Assembly: GCA_030390025.1 (NCBI GenBank)
Contig: CM059431.1
Span: 148,368,001 to 148,432,000 of the forward strand
Reading direction: 5' to 3'
From: Squalus acanthias
Lineage: Eukaryota
DNA length: 64,000 nt
The notes beneath the pieces were generated by a model that made no database searches, was not told where the DNA came from, and saw only the letters and a program-made list of their open reading frames with translations. How positions within the stretch are numbered: position 1 is the first letter of the stretch; each line of letters opens with the position of its first letter. The translations under genes and the position numbers were made by a program. Below, piece by piece: positions 49,962-62,387 of the stretch.

Positions 49962-50762
49962 TGCTCAGCGTTCCTCAGTACTGGCCCTCCGATAGTGCAG
50001 TGCTCCCTCAGTACTACCGCTCCGAGAATGCAGCGCTCCCTCAGTACTGCCCCTCCGATAATGCAGTGCTACCTCAGAACTGCCGCTCCGACAGTGCAGC
50101 GCTCCCTCAGTGCTGTCCCTCCGACAGTGCAGCGCTCCCTCAATACAGACCCTCCGACAGTGCAGAGCTCCCTTAGTATTGCCCCGCCGACAGTGCAGCG
50201 CTCCCTCAGTACTGACCCTCCGACAGTGCAGCGCTCCCTCAGTACAGCCCCTCCAACAGTGCAGCGATCCCTCAGTACTGCCACTCCGACAGTGCAGCCC
50301 TCCCTCAGTACTGCCCCTCCGACAGTGCAGCGCTCTCTCAGTACTGCCCCTCCGGCAGTGCGGCTCTCCCTCAGTACTGAGCCTCTGACAGTGCAGCGCT
50401 CCCTCAGTAGTGGCCCTCCGACGTTGCAGCGCTCCCTCAGTACTGCCCCTCCAACAGTGCAGCGCTCCCTCAGTACTGCCCCTCCGACATTGCAGAGCTC
50501 CCTCAGTACTGCCCCTCTGACAGTGCGGTGCTCCCTCAGTACTGCCCCTCCGACAGTGTAGCGCTCCCTCAGTACTGACCCTCCGACAGTGTAGCTCTCC
50601 CTCAGTACTGACCCTCCGACAGTGCAGTGCTCCCTCATTACTGCCCCTCATCAGTGCAGTGCTCCCTCAGTACTGCCCCTCTGTCAGTGCAGCGCTCCCT
50701 CAGTGCAGCCCCTCCGACAGTGCAGCGCTCCCTCAGTACTGGCGCTCCCTCAGTTCTGCTCC
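49962..50762. repeat. 33-bp minisatellite, about 24 copies, filling an ABCG intron
   Basis: Tandem unit; positional paralog of 1-510. Confidence 0.95.
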
Positions 50763-50816
50763 TCGGCTTCCCGAATAGTTTCTATGGAAGCAAGAGGGAT
50801 TAAGGGATGGACGTAC

Positions 50817-51037
50817 CAATCCTGCTCGGGCCTGGATCTGTTCCTCCACCTTCGGGATTTGCCACCAAATGACACCGGGAATGATGGCCATGATTAGGGT
50901 CTTGATGAGGTTGAGCCAGGACAGGATGACCCATCGCCTTAGCTTGAAGTTGCGGGCTGTCAGGGTGCGGTACTGTGTCCAAAAGGAAGAGGCCCATCTT
51001 CTGTCCTGCTCCTCCTCCATTGCCAGAGAGGACTCAC
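50817..51037 (-). CDS. ABCG exon (connecting helix + TM1)
   Basis: ttcag / gtacgt, 221 bp, WASSFWTQYRTLTARNFK…WWQIPKVEEQIQARAGL. Confidence 0.9.
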
Positions 51038-51123
51038 CTGAACCACCAGGAGGGAGAGACTTGATTTAGATTGTTACATCCAAGGTTCATGGATATAGAA
51101 GATTCCTCCTGAGAGCCTGAGTC

Positions 51124-53015
51124 TAACCCTCTTCTTAAACCCCTCTCCACTGTCTCATCCACCCGCACCTCCAACAACAAGTGTGCGAAGCTCATGGACT
51201 TCTTTGTCTCTAAGATTGAGACCATCTGTTCAGCTGCCTCTGTCTCTTCCCTTCCTTCCCCTAGCCCACCGGGCCAAACTTCCTCTAAGATTCCACCCTG
51301 CCCTAGCCCTGAACTCACATCTTTCTCCAGTTTCTCTCCGATTTCCCCTCATGACCTCTCCGCGCTCATCTTGTCCATGAGACTCACTTCCTGCTCCCTC
51401 GAACCTATTCCCACCAAACTGCTGACTACCCAACTTCCTTTTCTGTCTCCCATGTTAGCTGACATTGTTAATGCTTTTTCTCTCCTCAGGTACTGTCCGT
51501 CTCTCCCTCAAATCTGCCGTCATCACCCCTCTCCTCAGAAAACCTACCCTTGATCCCTCCGTCCTTGCAAACTACCGCCCCATCTCCAACCTCCCTTTCC
51601 TCTCCAAAGTCCTTGAACGTGTTGTCGCCTCCCAAATCCGTGCCCATCTTTCCCGCAATTCCATGTTTGAATCCCTCAATCAGGTTACTGCCCTTGCCAC
51701 AGTACCGAAACAGCTCTCATCTAAAGTCACAAATGACATCCTTTGTGACTGTGACAAAGGTAAACTATCCCTCCTCGTCCTTCTTGATTTGTCTGCAGCC
51801 TTTGACACGGTTGACCACGCCATCCTTCTCCAACGCCTCTCCACCGTCGTCCAGCTGGGTGGGACAGCACTCGCCTGGTTCCATTCTTATCTATCTAATC
51901 GTAGCCAGAGAATCACCTGCAACGGCTTCTCTTCCCGCTCCCGCATTGTTACCTCTGGTGTCCCCCAAGGATCCATCCTTGGCCCCCTCCTATTTCTCAT
52001 CTACATGTTGCCCCTTGGCGACATCATCTGAAAACACAGCGTCAGTTTCCACATGTCCGCTGACGACACCCAGCTCTACCTCACCACCACCTCTTCTCTC
52101 GACCCCTCCACGGTCTCTAAAATGTCAGAAACTTTTGGATGAGCAGAAATTTTCTCCAATTAAATATTGGTTAGACCAAAGCCATTGTTTTCAGTCCCCG
52201 CTGCAAAATCTGTTCCATAGCCACTGACTCCATCCCTCTCCCTTACATCTGTCTCAGGCTGAACCACACTGTTCTCAACCTTGGCGTCTAATTTGACCCT
52301 GAAATGAGCTTCCGACCACATATCCGCGGCATAACAAAGACCGCCTATTTCCACCTCCGTAACATCACCCATCTCCGCCCCTTCCTCAGGTCATCCGCTG
52401 CTGAAACCCTCATCCATGCCTTCGTTACCTCTAGACTTGACTATTCCAACGCACTCCTGGCTGGCCTCCCACATTCTACCCTATGTAAACTTGAGGTGAT
52501 CCAAAACTCGGCTGCCCGTGTCCTAACTCGCACCAAGTCCCATTCACCCATCACCCCTGTGCTCGCTGACCTACTTTGGCTCCCGATTAACGCCTCAATT
52601 TCAAAATTATCATCCTTGTTTTCAATTCCGTCCATGGCCTCGCGCTTCCCTATCTCTGTAATCTCCTTCAGCCCCACAACCCCGCTCCCCCCCCCACCCG
52701 AGATATCTGCGCTCCTCTAATTCTGCCCTCTTGAGCACCCCTGATTATAATCGCTCAACCATTGGTGGCCGTGCCTTCTGTTGCCTGGACCCTAAGCTCT
52801 GGAATTCCTCCCTAAACCTCTCTGCCTCTCTACCTCTCTTTCCTCCTTTAAGACGCTCCTTAAAAACTACCCCTTTGACCAAGCTTTTGGTCACCTGCCC
52901 TAATTTCGCATTATGTGGCTCGGTGTCAATTTTTTTGTCTTACAATACCCCTGTGAAGCACCTTGGGACATTTTACCACGTTAAGGGCGCTATATAAATA
53001 CAAGTTGTTGTTGTT
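51124..53015 (+). mobile_element. L2-clade LINE, 5'-truncated
   Basis: NYRPISNLPFLSKVLERVV, LLDLSAAFDTVDH, GVPQGSILGPLLF, HAFVTSRLDYSNALL; tail gcgctatataaatacaag(ttg)n. Confidence 0.95.
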
Positions 53016-53815
53016 GATACCCAGTGTCAGCATCGAGCGCTGCCAGGGCAGGTACAGCATGGGATAGATACAGTCTGCATCTCCCTCTGCATCACCCTGA
53101 CAGTGTGTCCCCACTTTATACCCAGTGTCAGCATCGAGCGCTGCCAAGGCAGGTATAGCATGGGTTAGACACAGTGTAGAGCTCCCTCTACATTACCTGA
53201 CAGTGTGTCCCCACTTTATCCCCAGTGTCAGCATCAAGCGCTCCCAGGGCAGGTACAGCACGGGTTAGATACAGTGTAGAGCTCCCTTTACATTACCCTG
53301 ACAGTGTGTCCCCCACTTTACACCCAGTGTCAACATCGATCGCTCCCAGGGCAGATACAGCACGGGTTAGATACAGTGTAGAGCTCCCTCTACATTAACC
53401 TGACAGTGTGTCCCCTACTTTATACTCAGTGTCAACATCGAGCGCTCCCAGGGCAGATACAGCACGAGTTAGATACAGTGTAGAGCTCCCTCTACATTAC
53501 CCTGACAGTGTGTCCCCTACTTTATACTCAGTGTCAACATCGAGCGTTCCCAGGGCAGATACAGCACGGGTTAGATACAGTGTAGAGCTCCCTCTACATT
53601 ACCCTGACAGTGTGTCCCCTACTTTATACTCAGTGTCAACATCAAGCGCTCCCAGGGCAGGTACAGCACGGTTAGATACAGTGTAGAGCTCCCTCTACAT
53701 TACCCTGACAGTGTGTCCCCCACTTTATACCCAGTGTCAGCAACGAGCGCTCCCAGCGCAGGTACAGCACGGGTTAGATACAGTGTAGAGCTCCCTCTAC
53801 AATACCCTGACAGTG
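53016..53815 (+). repeat. About 102-bp satellite, about 8 copies
   Basis: 34-aa periodicity in ORF 53408-53686. Confidence 0.95.
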
Positions 53816-53845
53816 AGTCCCTGAGATTTGGGGAATATTCGGTAC

Positions 53846-53970
53846 CTTGCTTCTGTGCGTGATTGAATCCTGTCTGCAGAAGATGCTTCTTCATGGTGAG
53901 GCTATTGGGACTTGCATCATCTGGTACCTCAGTGTAACCAGGATCCCATGGTGATTCCAGGCTGTTTTTT
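53846..53970 (-). CDS. ABCG linker exon (KNSLESPWDPG…NHAQKQ)
   Basis: cccctttcctag acceptor, AAG|gtaccg donor, 125 bp, phase 2 to 1, open and in frame with both neighbours. Confidence 0.7.
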
Positions 53971-54059
53971 CTAGGAAAGGGGAGGAATCAGGTAACAGAC
54001 AGGAGCGTCGCTCCGTTAGTTTAAAGGCACGACGCTGAAATCAATTTGATAATTAGTTA

Positions 54060-56315
54060 GTGCTAAACTTATATCAATCAATGGTTAGGCCCAATTCTGG
54101 GCACCGCATTTTCGGAAGGATGTCAAGGCCTTGAAGAGGGTGCAGAGGCGATTGACCAGAATGGTATCAGGGATGAGGGACTTCAGTAATGTGGAGAGAC
54201 TGGAGATGTTGGGATTGATCTCCTTAGAGCAGAGAAGGTTAACAGGAGATTTAATTTAGGCATTCAAAATCATAAAGGGTTTTGATGGAGTAAATACGGA
54301 GCAACTGTTTCCACTGGGGTGTCGGTAACCAGAGGACACAGATTTCAGATAATTGGTAAAAGAACCAGAGGAGTAGATGAAGAGTATTTTATTGATGCAG
54401 CGAATTGCTGTGATCTGGAATGCAATGCCTGACAGGGCACTGGAAGCAGATTCAACAGTAACTTTCAAAAGGGGAATTGGATAAATACTTGAAGGGGAAA
54501 ATTTTGCAGAGCTATGGGGAAAGGGCAGAGGGGGAGTGAGACTAATTGGATAGATCTTACAAAGAGCCGGCACAGGCACGATGAGCTGAATGGCCTCCTT
54601 CTGTGCTGTATCATTCTATGATTCTAATAATCAGGAAAGATTGAACAGGCTGGGGTTCTTTCCTCAAGAAAAGAGAAGGCTGAGGGGTGAGCTGATAGAG
54701 CTCTAAGTTTATGGAAGTGTTTGATGGGGTAGACGTAGAGAGGATGTTTCCACGTGTAGAACTAGGGGCCGTCAATATAAGATAGCCACTAATAAATCCA
54801 ATAGGGAATTCAGGAGAAGCTGTTTTACCCACAGAGTGGTGAGAATGTACAGCATAAAATTCTCATCCATGTTTTCAAATCACCTCCATGGCCTCACCTC
54901 TCCCTATATCTGTAAACTCCCCCAGCCCCAATAAGCTTCGAGATCTCTGTGCTCCTCCAATCATAGCCTGTCGCGCATCCTCGATTTTAATCGCTCCACC
55001 ATTGGCGGCCGTGCCTTCAGCTGCCTGGGCCCTAAGCTCTGGAATTCCCTCACTAACTCCTCTGCCTGTCTCTATTCTCCTTTAAGATGCCCCATAAAAC
55101 CAACCTCTTTGACCAAGCTTTTGGTCACCTGTCCTAATATCTCCTTATGTGGTTCGGTCTCAAATTTTGTTTGATAATCGTTCCTGTGAGGTGCCTTGGG
55201 ATGTTTTACTATGTTAAAGATGCTGTAACAATGCAGTTTGTTATTTTATATAAAAAATAATATGTATTCATTCACGGGATGTGGGCGTCGCTGGCAAGGC
55301 CAGCGTTTGTTGCCCATCCCTAGTTGCCCTTGAGAAGATGGTGGTGAGTCGCCTACTTGAACCGCTGAAGTCCGTGTGGTGAAGGTACTCCCACAGTGCT
55401 GTTAGAGAGGGAGTTCCAGGATTTTGACCCAGCGACGGTGAAGGAACGGCCGATATATTTCCAAGTCAGGATAGTTTGCGAGGGGAACTTGCTGGTGATG
55501 GTTCTCCCATGCATCTGCTGCCCTAGCCCTTCTAGGTGGTAGAGGTCACGGATTTTGGAGGTGCTGCCGAAGAAGCCTTGGCGATTGCTGCAGTGCATCT
55601 TGTACATGTTACACACTGCAGCCACAGTACGCCGGTGGTGGAGGGGGTGAACGTTTAAGGTGGTGGATGGGGTGCCAATCAAGCGGGCTGATTTGTCCTG
55701 GATGGTGTCGAGCTTCTTGAATGTTTTTGGAGCTGCACTCATCCAAGCAAGTGGAGAGTACTCCATCACACTTCTGACTTGTGCCTCGTAGATAATGGAA
55801 ATCTTTGGGGATACAGGAAGTGAGACACTCGCCGCAGAATACCGAGCCTCTGACCTGCTCTTGTAGCCACAGTATTTATGTGGCTGGTCCAGTTAAGTTT
55901 CTTGTCAAATCTATGAAATTCTATGTCATTTGGGAAGAGGCTAGGCCTATATTGCCTAGACTTTAGAAGAATGTGAGATGATGTCAGTGAGACGTATAAA
56001 ATTCTTAATGTGCTTGACAGGTAGATGCTGAGAGGCTAGTTTCACCTGGCTGGGGAGTCTAGAATTAGGGGTCATAGTCTGACATCTGAAATTTCTTTAC
56101 TCAGAGGGCTCTGAGTCTTTGGAACTCTCTACCCCAGAGCGCTGTCGTTGAGTATAATCAAGACAGAGATCGATCGACTTTTTGATAATAAGGGAACCAA
56201 GGGATACTGCGGGAAGGTGGATTTGAGGTTGAAGATCAGCCATGATCTTACTGAATGGCGGAGAGGGCTCGAAGGGCCGACTGGCCGATTCTTGCTCCTG
56301 TTTCTTATGCTCTTC
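54060..56315. mobile_element. Cluster of LINE 3' fragments: CR1 (+, 54060-54850), L2 (+, 54851-55250), second LINE family (-, 55258-55905), CR1 (+, 55930-56315)
   Basis: Characteristic tails and ORF2 remnants (MEYSPLAWMSAA…WNSL). Confidence 0.8.
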
Positions 56316-56377
56316 CATTAATACCAGAATGGTCAGTCACGGTGAGGCAATGGTTAGATGCAGGTGTGACAAGAACA

Positions 56378-57020
56378 GTTTAAAGAGGTCCCTGACGGAG
56401 ATATTCCCCCTTTAATAGGGGCCCCTGAGAGAGAGACTCCCTCTTTAAAAGGGGTCCCTGATGGAGAGACTCCCTCTTTAAAAGGGGTCCCTGATGGAGA
56501 TATTCCCTATTTAAAAGGGGTCCCTGATGGAGAGACTCTCTCTTTAAAAGGGGTCCCTGATGGAGAAACTCTCTCTTTAAAAGGGGTCACTGACGGAGAG
56601 ACTCCCTCTTTTAAAGGATTCCCTGAGGGAGAGACTCCCTCTTTGAACAGGGTCCCTGACGGAGAGACTCCATCTTTAAACAGGGTCCCTGACGGAGAGA
56701 CTCCCTCTTTCAACAGGGTCCCTGAAGGAGAGACTCCCTCTTTGAAAGGGTTCACTGACGGAGTGACTCCCTCTTTAAAAGGGGTCCCTGATGGAGCGAC
56801 TTCCTCTTTAAACAGGGTCCCTGACAGAGAGACTCTCTCTTTAAAAGGGTCACTGCCGGAGAGACTCCCTCTTTAAAAGGGGTCTCTGGCGGAGAGACTC
56901 CCTCTTTAAAAGGGGGCCCTGGAGGAAAGACTCCCTCTTTAAAAGAGGTCCCTGATGGAGACTCCCTCTTTAAAAGGGGTCCCTGATGGAGAGACTATCT
57001 CTTTAAAAGAGGTCCCTGAG
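56378..57020. repeat. Second 33-bp minisatellite (ccctgatggagagactccctctttaaaaggggt), about 19 copies
   Basis: Tandem unit; 11-aa periodicity (KEGVSPSGTLF); unrelated in sequence to the SINE-derived 33-mer. Confidence 0.95.
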
Positions 57021-57088
57021 TTTTTCAGATCTAGAACGAGCGGCTGAATGTGTGAGGTGTGGTGTAAGTTGAGATGCCGGTCTCTTAC

Positions 57089-57152
57089 CGTAACGCATTC
57101 GCCGCTGCCACTATCCTCTGTCTCACCTCGGGAGATTGTTTGACTTTATCCA
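57089..57152 (-). CDS. ABCG exon (post-NBD helix: xDKVKQSPEVRQRIVAAANALR)
   Basis: ctttctttag acceptor, gtaaga donor, 64 bp, phase 1 to 2, in frame with the next exon. Confidence 0.75.
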
Positions 57153-57486
57153 CTAAAGAAAGGAGAGACAGGTTAGTGTGGAAACCCTTTCGCTCAAACT
57201 GCAGTCTGGAGAATGTGTGGGGACACCGTCAATATTGTGCTCCATTCTGCTCTGTACCTCGCTTTGGCTCATTTTCCCGCTCTCCTGGACTCCAGACTCG
57301 ACGATTCCAACGTTCTCCTGGCCGGCCTCCCAGCTTCCACCCTCCGTAACTTTCAGCTCATCCAAAATTCCTGCCCGCCCCGTATCCCAACTCATCACAG
57401 CCCCTGTGTTCACTAACTGGTTCAGCAAAGCTTTTATTTTAAAATTCCCTATCCTCGTGTTGAAATCCCTGCATAGCCTCGCCCCA

Positions 57487-60400
57487 CCCTCCCTATCTCT
57501 GTAACCTCCTCCAGCCTGACACCCCTCCCTATCTCTGTATCCTCCTCCAGTCCCTAGAACCCTCCCTATCTCTGTAACCTCCTCCAGCCCTACAACCCTC
57601 CCTATCTCTGTAACCTCCTCCAGCCCTACAACCCTCCCTATCTCTGTAACCTCCTCGAGTCACTACAACCCTCCCGATCTCTGTAACCTCCTCCAGTCAC
57701 TAAAACTCTCCCTATATCTGTAAACTCCTCCAGCCCTACAACCCACCCTATCTCTGTAAACTCCTCCAGCCCTACACCCCACCCTATCTCTGTAACCGCC
57801 TCCAGCCCTACACCCCTCCCTATCTCTGTAACCTCCTCCAGCACCTGCAAAACTCCCTATCTCTGTAACCTCCTCCAGCCCTAGAACTTTTCCTATCTCT
57901 GTAACCTCCTCCAGTCCTACAAACCTCCGTATCTCTGTTACATCCTCCAGCCCCTACTACTCTCCCTATCTCTGTAACCTCCTCCAGCCTCTACAACCCT
58001 CCCTATCTCTGTAACCTCCTCCAGCCCCTACAACCCTCCCATCTTTGTAACCTCCTCCAGCCCCTACAACTCTCCCCGTCTCTGTAACCTCCTCCAGCCC
58101 CTACAACCCTCGCTATGTCTGTAAACTCCTCCAGACCTACAACTCTCCCTATCTCTGTAAACTCCTCCAGCCCTACAACCCTCCCTATCTCTGTAAACTC
58201 CTCCAGCCCTACAACCCTCCCTATCTCTGTAACCTCCTCCAGCCACTAAAACCCTCCCTGTCTCTGTAAACACCTCCAGACCTACAACCCTCCCTATCTC
58301 TGTAACTTCCTATAGCCCTTACAAACCTCCTTATCTCTGTACCCTCCTCCAGCCACTACAACCCTCCCTATCTCTGTAAACTCCACCAGCCCTACATCCC
58401 TCCCTATCTCTGTAACCTCCTCCAGCTCCTATAACCCTCCCTATGTCTGTAACCTCCTCCAGCCCCTACAACCCTCCCTATCTCTGTAAACTTCACCAGC
58501 CCTACTACCCTCCCTATGTCTGTAACCTCCTCCAGCCCCTACTACCCTCCCTATCTCTGTAACCTCCTCCAGCCCCTACAACCCTCCCTATCTCTCTAAC
58601 CTCCTCCAGCCCTACAACCCTCCCTATCTCTGTAACCTCCTCCAGTCCTACAACCCTCCCTATCTCTGTAACCTCCTCCAGCCCCTACAACACTCCCTAT
58701 CTCTGTAAGCTCCTCCAGCCCCTACAACCCTCCCTATGTCTGTAACCTCCTCCAGCTCCTACAACCCTCCCTATCTCTGTAAACTTCACCAGCCCTACAA
58801 CCCTCCCTATGTCTGTAACCTCCTCCAGCCCCTACAACCCTCCCTATCTCTGTAACCTCCTCCAGCCCCTACAACCCTCCCTATCTCTGTAAACTCCTCC
58901 AGCCCTACAACACTCCCTATCTCTGTAACCTCCTCCAGCCACTACTACCCTCCCTATCTCTGTAACCTCCTCCAGCCCTACAACCCTCACTATCTCTGTA
59001 ACCTCCTCCAGCCCTACAACCCTCCCTATGTCTGTAACCTCCTCCAGCCCCTACAACCCTCCCTATCTCTGTAACCTCCTCCAGCCCTACAACCCTCCCT
59101 ATGTCTGTAAACTCCTCCAGCCCCTACATAAGAACATAGGAAATAGGAGCAGGAATAGGCCACTTGGCCCCTCGAGCCTGCTCCACCATTCAATAAGATC
59201 ATGGCTGATCTTGGGCTCAAAGCCACTTCCCTGCCCGTTCCCCATAACCCTTCACTCGCTTATCTTGCAAAAAAAATTCTATCTCCACTTTAAATGTACT
59301 TAATGACCCAGCCTCCACGGCTCTCTGGGGCAGAGAATTCCACACATTTACGACGCTCTGAGAGAAGAAATTCCTCCTCATCTCAGTTCTAAAAGGGCGA
59401 CCCTTTATTCTGAGACTGTGCCCCCGAGTTCTAGATTTTCCCATGAGGGGAAACATCCTCTCTGCATCTACCCTTTCGAGCACCCTCAGTATCTTACATG
59501 TTTCGATAAGATCACCTCTCATTCTTCTCAATTCCAATGAGTATAGACCCAGCCTGCTCAACCTTTCCTCTTAAGTCAAACCCCTCATCTCTGCAATAAA
59601 CCGAGTGAATCGTCTCTGAACTGCCTCCAATGCAAGTATATCCTTCCTTAAATAAGGAGACCAAAACTGTACGCAGTCCTCAAGGTGTGGTTTCACCAAT
59701 ACCCTGTACAGTTGTAGCAGGACTTCCCTGTTTTTATACTCCAACCCCCTTGAAATAAAGGCCAACATTCCATTTGCCTTTTTGATTACTTGCTGTACCT
59801 GCATGCTGACGTTTTGTGTTTCATGCACAAGGACCCCCAGGTCCCTCTGAACTGTAGCATTTTGTAATCTCTCTCCATTTAAATAATAGTTTGCTTTTTT
59901 ATTTTTCCTGCCAAAGTGGAAAACCTCGCACTTTCCCACATTATACTCCATCTGCCAAATGTTTGCCCACTCACCTAGCCTGTCTATCTCCCTTTGCAGA
60001 TTCTTTGAGTCCTCTGCACAACTTGCTTTCCCACCCATCTTTGTATCATCCGCAAATTTGGCGACATTGCACTCGTACCCTTCATCCAAGTCATTAATGT
60101 AGATTGTTAATAGTTGGGGCCCAGCACCGATCCTTGTGGCACCCCACTAGTTACCATTTGCCAACCAGAAAATTACCCATTTATCCAGACTCTCTGCTTT
60201 CTGTTATTTAGCCAATTCTCTATCCATGCTAATATATTACCCCCAACTCAGTGAGCTCTTATCTTATGCAGTAACTTTTATGTGGCACCTTATCGAATGC
60301 CTTCTGGAAATCCAAATACACCACATCCACTGACTCACCCTTGTCCACCCTGCTTGTTACATCCTCAAAGAACTCCAGCAAATTTGTTAAACCTGATTTC

Positions 60401-62210
60401 CCTTTCCTCAAACCATGCTGACTCTGTTTGACTGCAGTATGTTTTTCTAAATGCCTTGCTACTGCTTCCTTAATGAAGGACTCCAGCATTTTCCCAAAGA
60501 CAGATGTTAGGCTAACTGCTCTATAGTTCCCTACTTTCTGTCTCCCTCCTTTCTTAAATAGGGGTGTTACATTAGCGGTTTTCCAATCCGCTGGGACCTC
60601 TCCAGAGTCCAGGGAATTTTGGTATATTGCAACCAATGCATCCACTATCTCTGCAGCCACTTCTGTTAAGACCCTGGGATGCAGGCCATCTGGTCCAGGG
60701 GACTTGTCGTCTTTTAGTCCCATTATTTTACTGAGTGTGATAGTGATTTTCTTTAGTTTCCCACTCCCTGTTCCCCTTGATTATCCATTATTGGGATGTT
60801 GTTAGTGTCTTCTACAGTGAAGGCAGATGCAAAATATTTGTTCAGAATCTCTGCCATTTCCCCGTTCCCCATTATTAATTCCCCAGTCTCATTCTCTAAG
60901 GGACCAACGTTTACTTTAGCTACCCTCTTCCTTTTTATATACCTGTAGAAGTTCTTACTATCTGTTTTAATGTTTCTTGCCAGATTTCTTATGTTCTTAT
61001 GTTCTTACTCTCATAATTCCACTTCCCTCTCTTTATTATTTTTCTTTAGTCATCCTTTGCTGCTTTTTAAAAATGTCCCAATCCTCTGGTCTCCCACCAA
61101 TCTTGGCAACATTGTATGCCTTCGTTTTCTATTTGATACCATCCTTTACTTCCTTAGTTAGCCACGGATGGTGGTCCCTTCTCTTAAAATCTTTCTTTCT
61201 CCCTGGAATATTTTTTTCTTGAGAGTTATGAAATATCTCCTTAAATGTCCGCTACTGCATTTCAACTTTCTTACCCTTTAATGTATTTTTCCAGTCTACT
61301 TTAGCCAGTTCTGCCCTCATGCCATTAGAATTGCCTTTGTTTCAGATCAGGACACTAGTTTGGGATACAAATTTCTCACCCTCCAACTGAATTTGAAATT
61401 CAAACATGCTATGATCACTCTTTCCTAGAGGATCCTTTACTATGAGATCATTTATTAATTCTGTCTCATTACAAAGTACCAGATCTAAGATAGCCTGCTC
61501 CATGTTTGGTTCCATTACATACTGTTCTAGGAAACCATCCCGGATACACTCTTTGAAGTCCTCCTCCAGGCTACCATGGCCAATTTGATTTGTCCAATCA
61601 ATATGGAGATTAAAATCACCCATGATTATTACCGTACCTTTTTTACAGGCCTCCATTATTTGTTGATTTATACTCTGTCCAACAGCATTGCTACCGTTCG
61701 GGGGCCTGTAGACTACGCCCACCAGCGAATTTTTCCCCTTATTATTTTTTATCTCCACCCAAACCGATTTTATATCTTGATCTTCTGAGCCAATATCACT
61801 TCTCACCACTGCACTGATCCCATCTTTTACAAAAAAAGCCACCCCACCTCCCTTTCGTTTCTTTCTATCCTTCCGAATTATCATATACCCTGTAATATTC
61901 AGTTCCCACCCCTGGTTCCCTATCTCTGTAAACTCCTCCAGCCCCTACAAACCTCCCTATCTCTGTAAACTCCTCCAGCGCCTACAACCCTCCCTATCTC
62001 TGTAACCTCCTCCAGCCCCTACAACTCACCCTATCTCTGTAACCTCCTCCAGCCCCTACAACCCCCCTATCTCTGTATCCTCCACCAGCCCCTACAACCC
62101 TTCCTATCTATTTAACCTCCTGCAGTCCATAAAACCTTCCCTATCTCTGTAACCTCCTCCAGCCCTACAACCCTCACTATCTCTAAGCTCCTCCAACCCC
62201 TACAGCCCTC
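57487..62210. repeat. 36/37-bp minisatellite (ccctccctatctctgtaacctcctccagccctacaa) at 57487-59125 (about 45 copies) and 61918-62210 (about 8 copies)
   Basis: Direct inspection. Confidence 0.95.
59126..61917 (-). mobile_element. CR1 LINE ORF2 (APE + RT), disrupted, inserted in the 36-bp array
   Basis: [33 protein letters not shown]; (ttcttatg)-type tail. Confidence 0.95.
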
Positions 62211-62387
62211 CGTGATCTCTGCGCTCCTCCAATTTTGGCCTCTTGCGCCTCATCCCCCGATTTCCATCGCTCCACCATTGACGGCCGTGCCTTCAGCTGC
62301 CAAGGCCCCTAAGCTCTGGCATACTCTCCCTAAACTCTCCGCCTCTCTCTCCTCCTTTGGGATGCTCCTTAAATCCAAACTGCTTGA

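Larger units (their letters stand above)
43645..57152 (-). pseudogene. ABCG-family half transporter, 3' part (linker + transmembrane domain), 7 exons; one exon frameshifted; 5' exons lie beyond the window
   Basis: complement(join 57089-57152, 53846-53970, 50817-51037, 49848-49900, 49360-49574, 44771-44979, 43645-43849). All introns are GT-AG and phases match except across the 53-bp exon. ABC2-membrane motifs FWTQY..L..RNF, FP.ER.I..KER.SG.Y.LS.YY.AK...ELP, LLGGFY, FRL.CYL.LR. Confidence 0.85.
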
